Below, one piece after another: positions 40,178 to 53,300 of a stretch of 64,000 nucleotides of DNA. The translations under genes and the position numbers were made by a program. The notes beneath the pieces were generated by a model, which worked only from the letters and a program-made list of their open reading frames with translations, was not told where the DNA came from and did no database searches. Each line of letters starts with the position of its first letter. Position 1 is the stretch's first letter. The DNA comes from Trichoplax adhaerens (Eukaryota; Animalia; Placozoa). The DNA lies in NCBI RefSeq assembly GCF_000150275.1, contig NW_002060949.1:1-64000 (forward strand), given 5' to 3'.

Positions 40178-40392
40178 AAGAGGCCCTCGCTTATTTACTG
40201 TAGGTGTCCAGCTGTCCATGATACCGTAGTATACATTGTACAATGTACAACTGAGTGATAATTATCATAATTGTATGTAGGTATAGTGTCCTATTCAGTA
40301 GTACGATAGCATAGACAAGGACTGCTAAAAATAAGATAAATGGATTATGAAAAAAGTGTTCGAGCATGCGTAAATCTACCCATCTTAGTAGA

Positions 40393-40403
40393 TGGCGCGA
40401 AAA
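40393..40403 (-). promoter_or_regulatory. E2F-type site upstream of NASP
   Basis: TGGCGCGAAAA reads TTTTCGCGCCA on the minus strand (E2F consensus TTTSSCGC). A second E2F-like CCGCGAAAA lies at 40868-40876. NASP is a replication-linked histone chaperone. Confidence 0.4.
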
Positions 40404-41099
40404 TGGTTCCTTGCAAAAAAATTCTTTAATTATTTACATTCATTGCTTCTGCTCCGAACCGTATAAAACTGGAGAAAAATCACATAGGTCACTCAGTGCA
40501 TTGCATTTCTATATAGTCCTAAGCTATAGGATCATAATCAGCATCACTTGACGTATTTAAATTGATTGTACACTTATTGAACTATATCGTTGACAATTAA
40601 GTTGAGTTGATGTCTTACTGAATCGTTAGCGGAGAAAAATTCATTTTTTTTTTAAATCGATCCATCGTACCGTCTTTTACAGAAAGAATGGTGGCGGTTG
40701 ATAGGTTGATATATAGCGCTGCTCTGTGCTCTAATCTATCAAATTATATAGTATCTATACAGTAAACACTACTGTACGGTCTGTTGCTAGTAGTAGTACT
40801 AGTAACTTGACGAATTACGATTCCTGATGACATTGGAATTACTACTCCTTCCATGATTTTTTTTTTACCGCGAAAATATTGGCTATGCAGTATGTAGAGT
40901 ACAATCATGATACAATATAGTGCTAGTTCTCAAAACAAGTGCAAATGCTTATACTGTATTATGTGGCTATTGAATTCTACCTGTACCACTACCATGGGCA
41001 TGGTAGGAGACGAGTTGGCCAGCGTAAACTTAACGCTGTTCTTGATACGCGAACAGCTCTCATAGTAAGACAGTAGAGTATGAATTTGCGGTATGGCTC

Positions 41100-41285
41100 C
41101 GATACAGTACTCGACGGCTGGACCAGTTACAGTATGATGATTCAGCTCACGCTCCACGACAACTGCATCCCGGACAAAAACTCCATACTTACGGCATACA
41201 GTACAGCTTACTGTACAGTATATACTGTACAGCTTTTAGACAGTTCGAGCCAAACGTATTAGTACTGTACACTGTACAGTAGAAC
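41100..41285. repeat. TAC(A/T)GTA repeat cluster immediately upstream of NASP
   Basis: tacagtacagcttactgtacagtatatactgtacag ... gtactgtacactgtacagtag. Confidence 0.75.
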
Positions 41286-41369
41286 TCGTACGGCCTGCCC
41301 AGACCGTCATCGTTTCTTTGGTAGTCATCTTAAACCATCTAGCGCCACTTGATTGGAGAAAGGGAAGCC

Positions 41370-44300
41370 ATGAGTGATCCAGAAATTTTACAGCCCTCTA
41401 GTTCAGGAGCTGCAGATGTTCCTTGTTCGAGCAGGTACAGTAGAAGAGTTGTAGTGCTATAGTATCATCAAGGTATAAAATAGTGGAAATAGCCGATTAT
41501 AGATATTCAAGTAACCGGTGTCGTGGTTGATGGAGGGAAAAGTGATTTCATGTCCAGTGTAATGTTATTACTACTTTCCATTTTGAAGTTCTAGTAGCGA
41601 TGAACCTGCTGAACTGATTACACGTGGTAAAAGACATTTATATTGCGAAGATTTTGAAGTAGCAACAACTTACTTCCAAGAAGCATGTGAGAAACTGTAG
41701 GTATCATCAATCTCCTGCTACTAAGTCTATTATATTATCTTCAAGTGATGGATGTAAAATTCTATTGACTGCTGAGCTTCATTTCACGCGTAATATCTAT
41801 CATGCGATTCATGCCATTCATCATCATTTTCTACTCATGCCGACATCTCTAGTGATGCAGTTTATTTTAATAATTTTAAAATGATAGATGAAGGAAAACG
41901 TGTGATTAGCTGAATTATCTGTAGAATAACGCAAGCGTTAGCGACATCGATTGATCTATTGTAATGTGTATAGGAATGCTCCTGACCCTGATGATGACTA
42001 AAACCATTTCACTTCATTACCAAACGGCTAATCTGTCAACAATCGTTGCAACATTATTTCCGGTCGTACAATAATATACGGTACAAGTTATTTAGCGTGT
42101 TAACTTATTACAGTATATGCTAATATTCCAATGCAATTTCCGCATGGCTGTATCCAGTGTACTATCATTTTTAGAGCATTGTATTAGTCAGCCCGGAACA
42201 ATAAACTAAAAGTTGATATTCTTGATAGTGCGTACTTGATACTTTATACCGTGCTCTTTAAAGGACTAATTGGACTAGAACCTCTACTATCGTTACTATA
42301 CAATATCCAATAGTTCTGCCTTGCCTAAGAATTTACAGTTTTTGTCCCTTATGTAGTGAAAGATAGCCGTTAAACTGAAAAATTTCCACCTATAATTCCA
42401 CTGCTTTATATCTAGACATCCAGACATTTTGATGAGTACTAATAGCGTTGTTGCGGAAGTTAAAACTGACCACCATCTACGATGATAAGTAATCAATGGG
42501 ACATGTTTAGGGTCACTATTTTGTGCATTGCTGTAGAATTATTAACATTTGCTATTGATATTGCTATACTACTGTACAAGTCTACATGGATGTACTATAA
42601 CTTCTATATAAGAGTGTGGTGAGATTGACTTCTGTGCTGTGGGTTCTGAATTAGATGGCTATTAGTTTACTATACAAGAATATATGCTAAAATTGCAGCA
42701 TACACCTACATTCTGCTAAGGCACAGTTCCGCATTTCATTTGGTACAATAGGAAAAAACCATGAGTTTGTTATGCAGCTACGAAGAAAGAGTTAAAAATT
42801 TCCAGGATTTGGCGTTGATAATTTAATTAACTTATAAGTAACGTTATCGTTACTATAATTAGCCATTATAGTTCTTGCTACGTGTAAGCGTATGTGATGA
42901 TTTAGTCAGGATGTTGTTTTGACTGGAATGGATATTATGTAGAACATTAGATGGAAATTGTTAGTTAAATTATTTTGTAATCCTTATAATCAATCATAGA
43001 GCAGCCAAATACGGCCAGGTTGCTGACGAATGCGGTGAAGCTTATTTTTATTATGGTAGATCACTACTAGAATTGGCGAGGTGAGAATACATTCTGCAGT
43101 TGTTATCATATTATTCCTTCGTTATAAATGAATAATTAGTTATATATATTTAGTATGCTAATTATGCTATCTAAAAACGGACCTATATTACCTAGTACTG
43201 ACTATGAGTGAAAGTTTTATGCCGTAGTACTGTGTGAAAGCACACCATAGAGAGTTCTATCATATATTATGCTTACCAATCTTTTATTTGAAATCTATTC
43301 GAGGCACATCCCTGTGTAATAATTTTACTCGGGAGTCGGAAATTCAACACATTTGGTGGCATTTTTTGATTACATTACTAATCCTTATTTTATATATCCG
43401 TATTATTATAAAGACAAGATGCAAGCCTCTTTGATCCTACCAACGCTACCGGTATGATCTATTTCTATTTATTCATGTGTACACTGTAGTACAGTATATG
43501 ATGACCGAACAGACAATAATGATGATAACTTATCAGTTTATGAGTATAAAACACTGTTTTCATTGTATTATACCCGTAGTATCGTTATATAATAATAATC
43601 TACAGTATATAACAAATATTCCTATACCCACATTGTTTAGGTAAAGCTGCAGCGGAGGATGCTGATGATAGTGAAGATAGCGATGGCAATAACGTATCTG
43701 CCCTACCAGGTTTGTTATTATTGTAGTGCAGTAGTATATACGTACAACGGTTTAGTCCTAAGGAATTGAAGTTGATATTTTAAAATAGCCAACTCGCCTG
43801 AACTATATTCTTACAAGATTTTATAATGTCTTTCATAACTTTGCTTTAATTTATGCAGTAGCGACAGCCAATCTTGACCCTGGATGGGGATCCTCAAGTC
43901 AAGATGACTGTGAATGTTGCAGTGGTAACAATGATACCAATGCAGGTTGGCCCTATTCAACTATAATTTATTTACAGTTTATCTTTCATTGTAAATGATG
44001 ATCTAACCTTCCACGTGGTATTTACAATACGCATAGGAGATAATATTGCGAAAGAACAAATTCCCCAAGCAGTTGATGATGATTCCGGTGATGAAGATGT
44101 AAATAATTAATTAATTAATAATTTTTGCATATGAGTAGTAGCGGTGACCTTTTTTCTCTTTAAAAACAAATTTTTTACGAATTTTTACGTACTATCGTCG
44201 AATCAGCAAGGAAAAGAAGATGCAGGAGACACCAATGTTTTACAGTTAGCTTGGGAAATGTTGGAGCTTTCACGTATTATTTACTCGAGGTAGAATATTC

Positions 44301-45876
44301 ATCTACAATAAGGAAAAAATTCATACGGAAACATTAGCAAGTATCTAAATTTTACCAGCACAATGTAATTACTTGTGAATTAAATATTCAGGAAGGACAA
44401 TAAGGATTCGAAATTGCGTTCAAGTGAAATTTATCTCGAACTGGGACAAATTGGTCTAGAATCCGGTAAGGCCATGTCGAACTAGGTTATTCTGATATGC
44501 TTATATTTAATTTAACTAACTTTTTAACGGCTGTAAATTTTTTAGAGCAATATGATCAAGCTATTATTGACTTTAAAAGTGCCTTAAGTTTACAACTGCA
44601 GACGTTAGAGTCAGATAGTAGACTGATATCATTATCGTATCCTTTCTCTATTTACTTCCTCAGCAATTTACGTGAATTATCTTTAAAATCAATTATAATG
44701 TACTTTGCATGTAATTATGCGTATTTGCTGCTGATAAAAAGGGAGTAGATTCCTTTACTTGGTAGACATTATAATATTGCCCTAGCCTACTTATACAACA
44801 GACAATATGATGAAGCGGTAGAAGTAAGTACATTTATACTCCCAGCTATTTTCTATCTAAATCTGAAGTAAACGTAAAATACATAAAATTAATAAATTGT
44901 TGAAACTTCTTTTAACAGTCCTTTACTGGCGCAGTTGCTGTTGTAAAAAATAGATTAGGTTTGTATGATCTGATTTAAGCGGTAATAACATGCCGTTGTG
45001 TAATGCCAATTGTGTTATTAATTTGTCAAATTTACTCCTTTAGCAAACCTTGCAGAGGTTATCGAGAATCATGGTGGCACTGGAAAAAGTTAGTAAAGAT
45101 CACTTAAAAGTTGAGATTTCTGTGTATATAGAAAAAGGGCGTAACTGTGACTGAAGTTTGACGGTGATATCTTCGTAGAACCTGATGAATTAACCAAGGA
45201 GAGGAGAGAAGTTGAAGAATTGCAAAGCATTATTCCAGATATTAATGCAAAGGTAATAGTGTACTTGTTTTACTATAATCGTGACGTGAAATGTTGTCAT
45301 CGTTATTGGATAATACTGTTATAAGAGTACTATTTTAAGACTATCTACTAAATTTTGTTGGCTAGATCGAGGATGCAAAAGAAGAAAAAAGACAGTTAAT
45401 TGCTAGTAGTGCTGCCAGCGTAAAGCAATTAATGGAGTCTGCGCTTGGTGATAATTTTGGTATGCAATCTTCTAGTTCTGGTAATGCACAGGCGACAAGT
45501 ATTAATCACTTGGTTCGTAGAAAGGTAAACTTGATTTATGTATCCGAGATACAAAGATTTCAATTAACTCAGCTATCTTTTTAGGCAATTTTATCATTTC
45601 ACTTACTCTACGTTAGAGCATTTTTACGTTTTTTATGAAATATTTTCCATTGGAATTGCTCACTTTTAGCGCAAAGATGAAGATAATAATGTAGATGTGA
45701 AGAAAGCGAAACTGGATGTAATTACTCAAGTAAGGAGTGTAATATTGATATTTTTGAGTATTTAAGCTTATGAATGTATAGATTTAGATGCTATTCTTGT
45801 ACTGTACTTTGATCACATGTAGGAAGCGTCAACTGAAAGTGAAAGAGAATCCGTACAAGAAAGCAAGGAAGACTAA
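41370..45876 (+). CDS. NASP: Nuclear autoantigenic sperm protein (H3/H4 histone chaperone, SHNi-TPR)
   Basis: Multi-exon gene: [21 protein letters not shown]; [25 protein letters not shown]; [25 protein letters not shown]; acidic insert; [15 protein letters not shown]; [19 protein letters not shown]; [14 protein letters not shown]; [18 protein letters not shown]; C-terminal [10 protein letters not shown]...KKAK NLS. Stop TAA at 45874-45876. Confidence 0.93.
44637..44765 (+). other. U12-type (minor spliceosome) GT-AG intron in NASP
   Basis: 5' end GTATCCTTT (U12 consensus RTATCCTTT). Branch-point-like TTCCTTTAC lies 7 nt before the end of the intron, with no polypyrimidine tract. Removal restores the conserved RLISLS|HYNIALAY. 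Confidence 0.88.
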
Positions 45877-46755
45877 TGTCAATAACATTAATCTAAATTA
45901 TACTTACATTAAAAGAATGAATGTTGTTGGAATTCTCATAAAATTGTGTTTATAGTTTTGTCCGATTGAATTAATCATGTGTAAGGTATTCATCTCGATT
46001 TAATTGTTCGAATAAGCGAAACCTGGTTGCATGCGTTGCTAAGAAAATTTCGATTGCAATGTTTGTTTTTATTGTTTGCTGGTTACGAAAAGTATTTCCG
46101 TTAGACTCTCGGAAAAGTTGCTTTTTGATGTATCTTTGAAGGGGAAAATGTTCCATTTAACTGTAATTTATTGACATACCTTCTTCAGTGGTTTAGTGAA
46201 TAGTTCTAAAATATTTTGAAGCTCCTTATCCGGACACTATTGTCTATATTTAAGGTTGCATATGCGTATGTAGACCGTATTACCCATAATTATATTCATT
46301 AAAAGTTAAAAAATCTAGTTTATTTACAAGTATTTTAATAATATGTTACCAATGTAGAACTGTAGGTTATTACCAAAATAGTAATTCAAAAATTGAACTG
46401 TCCTATGTAAGCTGCAAAACGTAATCTATATAAAATGTTTGAGCTAAATTTATATATGTTTCACATCGATTGCCTTTGCTGAAAGTTCCCTGTAATGGTT
46501 CGTAACTTTTAGTAAAACATTGTACGTCTTGATACTGTATTACTAGATCTATTGAGTAGTGTCTTGAATACGTATACTGGTCGAGTACTAATTTTATTAT
46601 TTGTTCCTAATTGGTTGTAACATTAGATTCAACTAGGAGTCAAATTATTAGATATAATAATAATCACCGGAGATGCTATTAGAATACCGTAGTTGCAACT
46701 GGTAGTAATAGTTTACTTACACTCGAATAAATAGAAATTATGCTAAATCTTCCTA

Positions 46756-49700
46756 TCAAATTTCTTTCAATTTTTTTTTATGTAAATTGGAACTCTTAGC
46801 AAATTGACTTTTTACAATTTGTAGTGGCATCGTTTTTCTATTTAAATGTATTCGGTTTCGACAGTCTCTTAATCCTAGTATTTTTGAAACTGATTCAGTC
46901 AATTCTTTATCTTGATTACTGTGTTTAAAAGAATAATAAGCAAAAATGAAACCAGTCATATACGCATCGAATCCTGCTCTATGGATTCCTGAACGATGAA
47001 GTAAGAGCTTTCGATTTACTTGATTACAAGTTTCACTTTTAGCTTTTTCGGTGGCTTCACCTAAGTGTGTAGCAACAGAAAACAAATAAATCTATCGCTA
47101 ATTGACCTGATACAGAGTGAGAAAATGATGCGTACGTATAATATTGCAAATGGTACCGTTATCATTCTCAATCTTTCTCTTTTTCGATCGTTTATTTGTC
47201 AACGCTTGTTCTTCCATAAATAATACATCGTCTATGTTATGTGATTTGTTGCACTCTATTCCAGATGGACAGTATCCACGAGTCTAGCGAAAGATAACAG
47301 AAGTTGAGTAACGACTTTATTTATTCATTATAACGATAATGGAAATGATGGCAAGATCGGATTAATTACAAAATATCGATTATATTTAATTATTTTTCTT
47401 AATAACTACGCCTCCATGTAGAAGAGGATTTTTGATACAGTATCATTCGTTTTAAAGCTAATTAGAATTAACTGAAGGTACGGTAATTATTGTGCATTGC
47501 CGTAAAGTCAATGATACAAATATTTTTATATTGCACGTACAAATATCCACTTTATTCTATATTAAATCAAATAATATGTGTGTGCTGTGATCATTGCAAC
47601 TAAAGCATTCTTATACGTTAGTAAAGTCAGAAAGTGGTAAAATTTAAAATTGCTTCCTATCAACTCCTTTAAATCTAATTTACAGTACTTCAATTACGTG
47701 AATAAAGAAATTACAGTGTAAAATTTAATCAATTGTAATACTACGATTAAAAATTAGCACTTGCTTACATACCGCAAACGGTTGGCACACGTTGACCGGC
47801 CTGCTAAGATTGGTCTCGGAATCGAATGGAAAAACAGAGCAATCCACCAAGTCAATACTTTCATGAAGTATCTTTGGATAATCACACTGCTTTGTTATAA
47901 TATGTCTGTCATTATTACTGCGATTTTGCACATTTTCTCTTTGCCTGTAGTGCAAATAGTGAAATAATAAAATTCTTTATATATGACTGACATTAGCAAT
48001 TTACTGCAAATAAGAAAAATTATATGCAAAGCATAAATTTCATAACCACGTAGCCACTTACAGTTTTCTAAAAACATATTGTAGATATGTACTACTTTCA
48101 TCGCCTTTCACTCTAGCAATATATTTTGTGTCATAGATACCGCCTTCGAACATTTCAGATAAGTCAGCAACAAAAGTGTCTAATTTTAAAGGAAGCTCTA
48201 AATACAGATTTTGGTATAAAAAGACTAGATCGGCTAATCCATTATGAACAATAATAGGCTTTTTAGATTTGATGAGTTCCAAGAGTAATCGACGTAAGTA
48301 ATTTCCAATTTTAGGATTTTCATCACCGGTCTAATAAAGATTAATACATTGCGATTATTTCCTGATATATTGTTATAGTCTGTTTTGTAATGAATAATAC
48401 TGCATCTCTAGTAGTGCAATAGCACCTCGCTAGCAAAACAATAAATTCCACAAAAATATTTTAAGACTATCCTGTTTACCTTATCGTTTCCTCTACGAAA
48501 TGAAATGCCAGATGAATATTGTCGGTTGAAATTAAATCCATGATGTACTAGAAATTGCAATGACTCTGGATCTACTGTGTAAGCTTCGTCGCACAGCGTC
48601 ATCATGTTAAATGTCTGTGTCATTACGGTAGTATATTCTGCATCGCCGTCTTCATTGTCGTATACTTGTAGCCTGTGAAAGCAGGATATGCCTAGAGCTA
48701 TGATAGCTCTTGTCGCAGCAACGTGACTGAGGACTTTATATCGATCATCCAACGAGCTAAAGGAATGGATTACACAATGTTAATCGCCTATCTAGGTTAT
48801 TCAAATTAACCAAATGCGTTCTACTGCATCTGCTAAACTTCATGCGAGCCATTAAACGATGTGCAAGCACGCATACTATATTTTGCATACTAGTGATTGA
48901 ATTTTTATTTCAGAAATACCAAACAGATTCGACATAAAGGAGCTGGCAATATAAAGAACTTTTGTCATGACTCGCGTATAATTTGGCATCAACACCAACC
49001 AGGTAGATTGACAGCATATTGATTGCACTTTCTTCAAGGATGAAATAGCTGACAATTGCGAAAATTTCCCATAAAGTAACAGTAGATCAACTGTGATGTT
49101 GATAACGACTACAGTACTCGTATACAAAGTACGATATACAGTACAGTAAGTCGCACAGTTTTTGTACATATTATATAATTATTATTCATGCATAGTAGAA
49201 CATAAACCTACGTACAGTAGATAAAAAGTTACAGTAAATTATAATTATTTAAGATCTCTGAATGATATATAGGTCCATAGTTATGCTAGAAGTTAATCCT
49301 GCAATGATTGCGTACACTTCTCATTGGTATAACACAATTTTTCAAGTGCATTTTTCAAAAATTTTCTACTTACGCCGCTCCAAGATCCTTTCTATTCCCG
49401 AGGCCGCTTAATTCCTAGACAGAAGGTTACAATATACCACGAATTAATTGATCAAAGCTAACACTTGGACAATACTTTACAGCTATCGTATATCAGTGGA
49501 TTTCACCATTCTCTTAATTCGTTAATACGTATAACAAAAGATTGGAATAGTCGAAATATCTATAGCTAAAGTTATTGCTGTTCAAATTGCGATGAGACAA
49601 CAACTATACTCTAATCTAGCGGATGTACCGGGAATCTAGTAATCCATTTCCCCCTTAACAGTTCGACACGTACAGAAGATATCAAATCTCAGTAAATTTG

Positions 49701-49834
49701 ATGATACTCACCAGATCGATTGCCACGAAACTAGCAGAATTAATAGCATGTATAATGCTTGGAAATAGTTGTTTTACATTGGATTTATCAACAATAACCA
49801 CGGCAACCTTCCACGGAAGCACTAGTTGGCTCAT
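46756..49834 (-). CDS. TOE1: Target of EGR1 protein 1 (CAF1-family DEDDh 3' exonuclease with CCCH zinc finger)
   Basis: Exons give ASFVAIDL|ELSGLGNRK, LDDRYKVLSHVAATRAIIALGISCF, FLVHHGFNFNRQYSSGI, KPIIVHNGLADLVFLYQ...GIYDTKY, CQPFA|TRGYCPSGIECNKSH and HRAGFDAYMTG. The start could alternatively be an upstream ATG (49849 or 49873). Confidence 0.93.
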
Positions 49835-49873
49835 CGCAGAGCTATGCATACTTGCTTTGGACTTTCCGAGCAT

Positions 49874-50383
49874 GGAGTTTTCAACGAACATAGTGAGCGC
49901 TTTGCTTACGATTAACTGTGTAATATACAATATACTGTAAACATGTGGGCGCTGAAGTATGTTTTGGGTTACATGATAGCGGTTTTACCATCAGAAGTAT
50001 TGAATAGGTTGGACCAATCTGAGACTGTAGCTGACATGATAATGGTATTAGTTCTAGTATGTACAATTCAGTAGTATAGTACAGTATGCGTTGCAATGTA
50101 CTATTCTAAACAGTATATTAATATAGTTAGAGTCCATAATGCACTCCACTCCGTAGGTTAATAGTTAGTTCGCCTACGTTGCAATGGCTGCAGCTTCATA
50201 AGCTTGACAAGTTTGCAACAAGTTTTAATGATGCAACTCTTATTCAATTAGTAAACTATGAAGCTAAGTTAATTAAATGGTCATAGAATATAGCTGTCAA
50301 GTGCTAAAAGTTAGTTTTCAAACGGATCGGTATTAAGACATCATTTGTGGCTCTTCTCGTTGAAGTACTGTCCCCATGCAAAG
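49874..50383. promoter_or_regulatory. Putative bidirectional promoter between head-to-head TOE1 and PIGG
   Basis: About 0.5 kb between divergent start codons; contains TAC(A/T)GTA motifs (~49933, ~50080-50115). Confidence 0.55.
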
Positions 50384-53300
50384 ATGGACCTCGATCGGCA
50401 TAAACTATTCTTACTGATCTTGGTAGTTTATCACTTAGTTGCAATAGGGCTATTTGCTAAAGGCTACTTTCCTATTAAGACTAATGCTGCAGGGTACTCT
50501 ACTTTAGTGACTACTCCACCAGAACCGTATAAACCGGCTAGATGCGATGGAGTATGGTGTGGCAGCAATTATACAATACCACCTCAATTTGGTCGATTGG
50601 TCATTATGGTCATCGATGCTTTACGAGCTGATTTTATCTTAAGTCAAACTCAACGTATGCAATTTGTTGAGCAGTTAATTAATTCACGTCAAGCACTAGC
50701 GTAAGTAGATAATGACAGAGACCTAGTAAATTTGATGTTATCAGTAATTAAATCAAACATCGTAATAAATCAGCAATCATGATGATACGCGCATAGATAT
50801 TCACTTCTTACTGCACAAGGTGTAATGATTTGCAGGCCTGGTTGCAAACGTTGAAGAGATCAGAGACCAGACCGTCAATATACCAATAGTCACAATGTAT
50901 ATTAGTAGATCAATTACAGAGCTATTCCCTGATAGCATATTCTAATTAATTAAAATGAATGCATGTATTAATGTAACCTGAAAAGCTCATCGATATCAAC
51001 TACCTATTTCTAGGTATCCGGTCAAAACTCATACACCTACAGTTACTACTCCAAGAATTAAGGTACATTACTTCATATTGACTGCTGTGATGCATAACCA
51101 CCAACTTAAAGAGTTACTTAATTGGTTTATTTTACTTTAATCAGTTATTAACAGGTAAGGTAGGTAGCTACTGTAGTTATATTGGAGGAGATAACATTTT
51201 ACGGAAATATAATGCATAAATTTAGTTTATCTCTGATGACTCTTTTGACATTATTGGTATTCATTCCAGTCTATGACTAGCGGAAGTATACCTGGCTTTT
51301 CGGATTTTTTTGGTAATATGGCATCAACTTCTTTGAATGATGATAATATTTTATCGCAATTTCTCCGTGCAAAATGGAATATCACTTTCTTTGGCGATGA
51401 TACCTGGGTGAAATTATTTCCTAAGTAAGCCTGATATTGCCTATGCGGGTATATTTGTTTGACAATCATTTCACTTCTTCTTATAGCATTTAATAATGAC
51501 TTAATTTGTTTATGATATTGATAAGGCACTTTCTGCGAAAAGATGGCGTCATTTCTTTTTTTGTTTCGGATTTTTATGAGGTAAAAATCGTTTTGTAGGC
51601 CTGCTGTATATTGTTAGTTTGTTGCTGGACCATTGATATCATAGTAGCTTTTCTTGCATGGTAGTTGATAATTTTACAATTGCGTTGAATTAACAGTAAT
51701 TTAACTGATACGTATATATTTACTACGCGACGTAGGTTGATAATAATGTGACTCGCCACGTTCGACCTGAATTACGTCGAAAAGATTGGCAAGTGATGAT
51801 CCTTCATTACCTCGGATTAGATCATATTGGTCATACGGCCCGACCAAGCAGTCCCCTTGTAGTACCAAAATTGAAGGAAATGGACGACATTGTTAAAGTT
51901 ATCTATAATGCCTTGGAGGATCAGGTAAACTAAACTATTATATATAATTTAGTGGTACCTTTGAAAAGTTAGTACCCAGTATAAACTATTAGCTTTCTAT
52001 GTTAAATAATCTAATTAGTGGAAAATCCAAGTTTAATATCTAATCTTTAAATACGTTGTAATGTTCAGGATAAACATACGAAATTACCTTCATTGTTTGT
52101 GCTGTGTGGTGATCATGGCATGAGCGATACTGGCAGCCATGGCGGTGCATCATATGCAGAAATAATGACACCATTTGTCTTTATGAGTCCCACCTTTGCC
52201 GACAAATCCTTACCTTCATCCCCCAAAAGCAGCACGGTAGATAAGCTGTTACAAAAGCAAGTTAATCAAATTGATTTTGTGCCAACAATTTCAACGCTTT
52301 TTGGCTTTCCTATCCCAAAGAATAATTTGGGTGTTGTTATTAACGAGTTAACTAGCGTCAACTATGAAGATGATCTTGAGTCTTTAAGGTATAAATTAAG
52401 ATCTCTTCAGTTAAATATCGATCAACTGATGGTCATCTGTAAGAAAAATATTCCATCAGGTATATACCTTAAGATATTTTACTGAAAGCTTCACTCAATG
52501 TTATTGCTATATGTTAATGAATAATCTTACGATATATTTTGAATGACTAGATTCACTATGGCGTCATTATCAACATATTCAGCAGTCACATAGTGATTGG
52601 CTTCGAGAGTACCATCGATCAAATCACTCAAATAGTAATCACCTAATTGTGAAAGCAGAACATATTATAAATCTGTATTCTGACCAATTACATGCTGTAA
52701 GTGATAGATTGGTTGCTTCTTTATCTAATTACGACCTTTATACTATGGCTATTGGACTTTTATTACAATTTGAGGTACTGTAATTCCATACTATACTATA
52801 TACGCTATGTGTACGTATATGTATGCATAGGAATTAATGCAGCATCATATTAGAAAATTTTCTGTTTGAATAATTTCTGTTAACCTTCTTTATGATTGAT
52901 TAAGGTATATTTTTTCCTGCTCTATGGATTTATCCACTTTCAGTTATTTCGATCATTTCCACAGACCCTCCCTATAGAAAAGCTTACAAGCACCGTTGCT
53001 GGTTTTATATTCTTTATTTGCTCTTCTTTGATTATGCTAATACATTTAGTATTGTGCACAGGTTTAAATTTTACTAAAAGCGCATTGTGTAGGTAAGTAT
53101 CCGAAAAAATTGATGCCGTAGGACTTATTCCTTTTATTTACGGATAACTATACACTAATTTATTTAAACTTTTTAGTACATCCGTTATAGAATCTATCTG
53201 TGTTCTAATTACTGTATGCGGCTTCGGTTATGGAATAGCGAATTTTCTATGTTGCTTAAGTTCAGCTGCAGTTTTGGCAAAGGACTTTAAAAGAATGGTT

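Noticed and set aside
41697-43000. Possible box C/D snoRNAs in NASP and PIGG introns (several TGATGA words)
   Set aside because: No convincing paired D box, terminal stem or recognisable rRNA antisense element.
51145-51154. 10-nt microexon candidate (cag|TTATTAACAG|gtaag) in a PIGG intron
   Set aside because: It would shift the frame, and PIGG is complete without it; likely chance, although a poison exon cannot be excluded.
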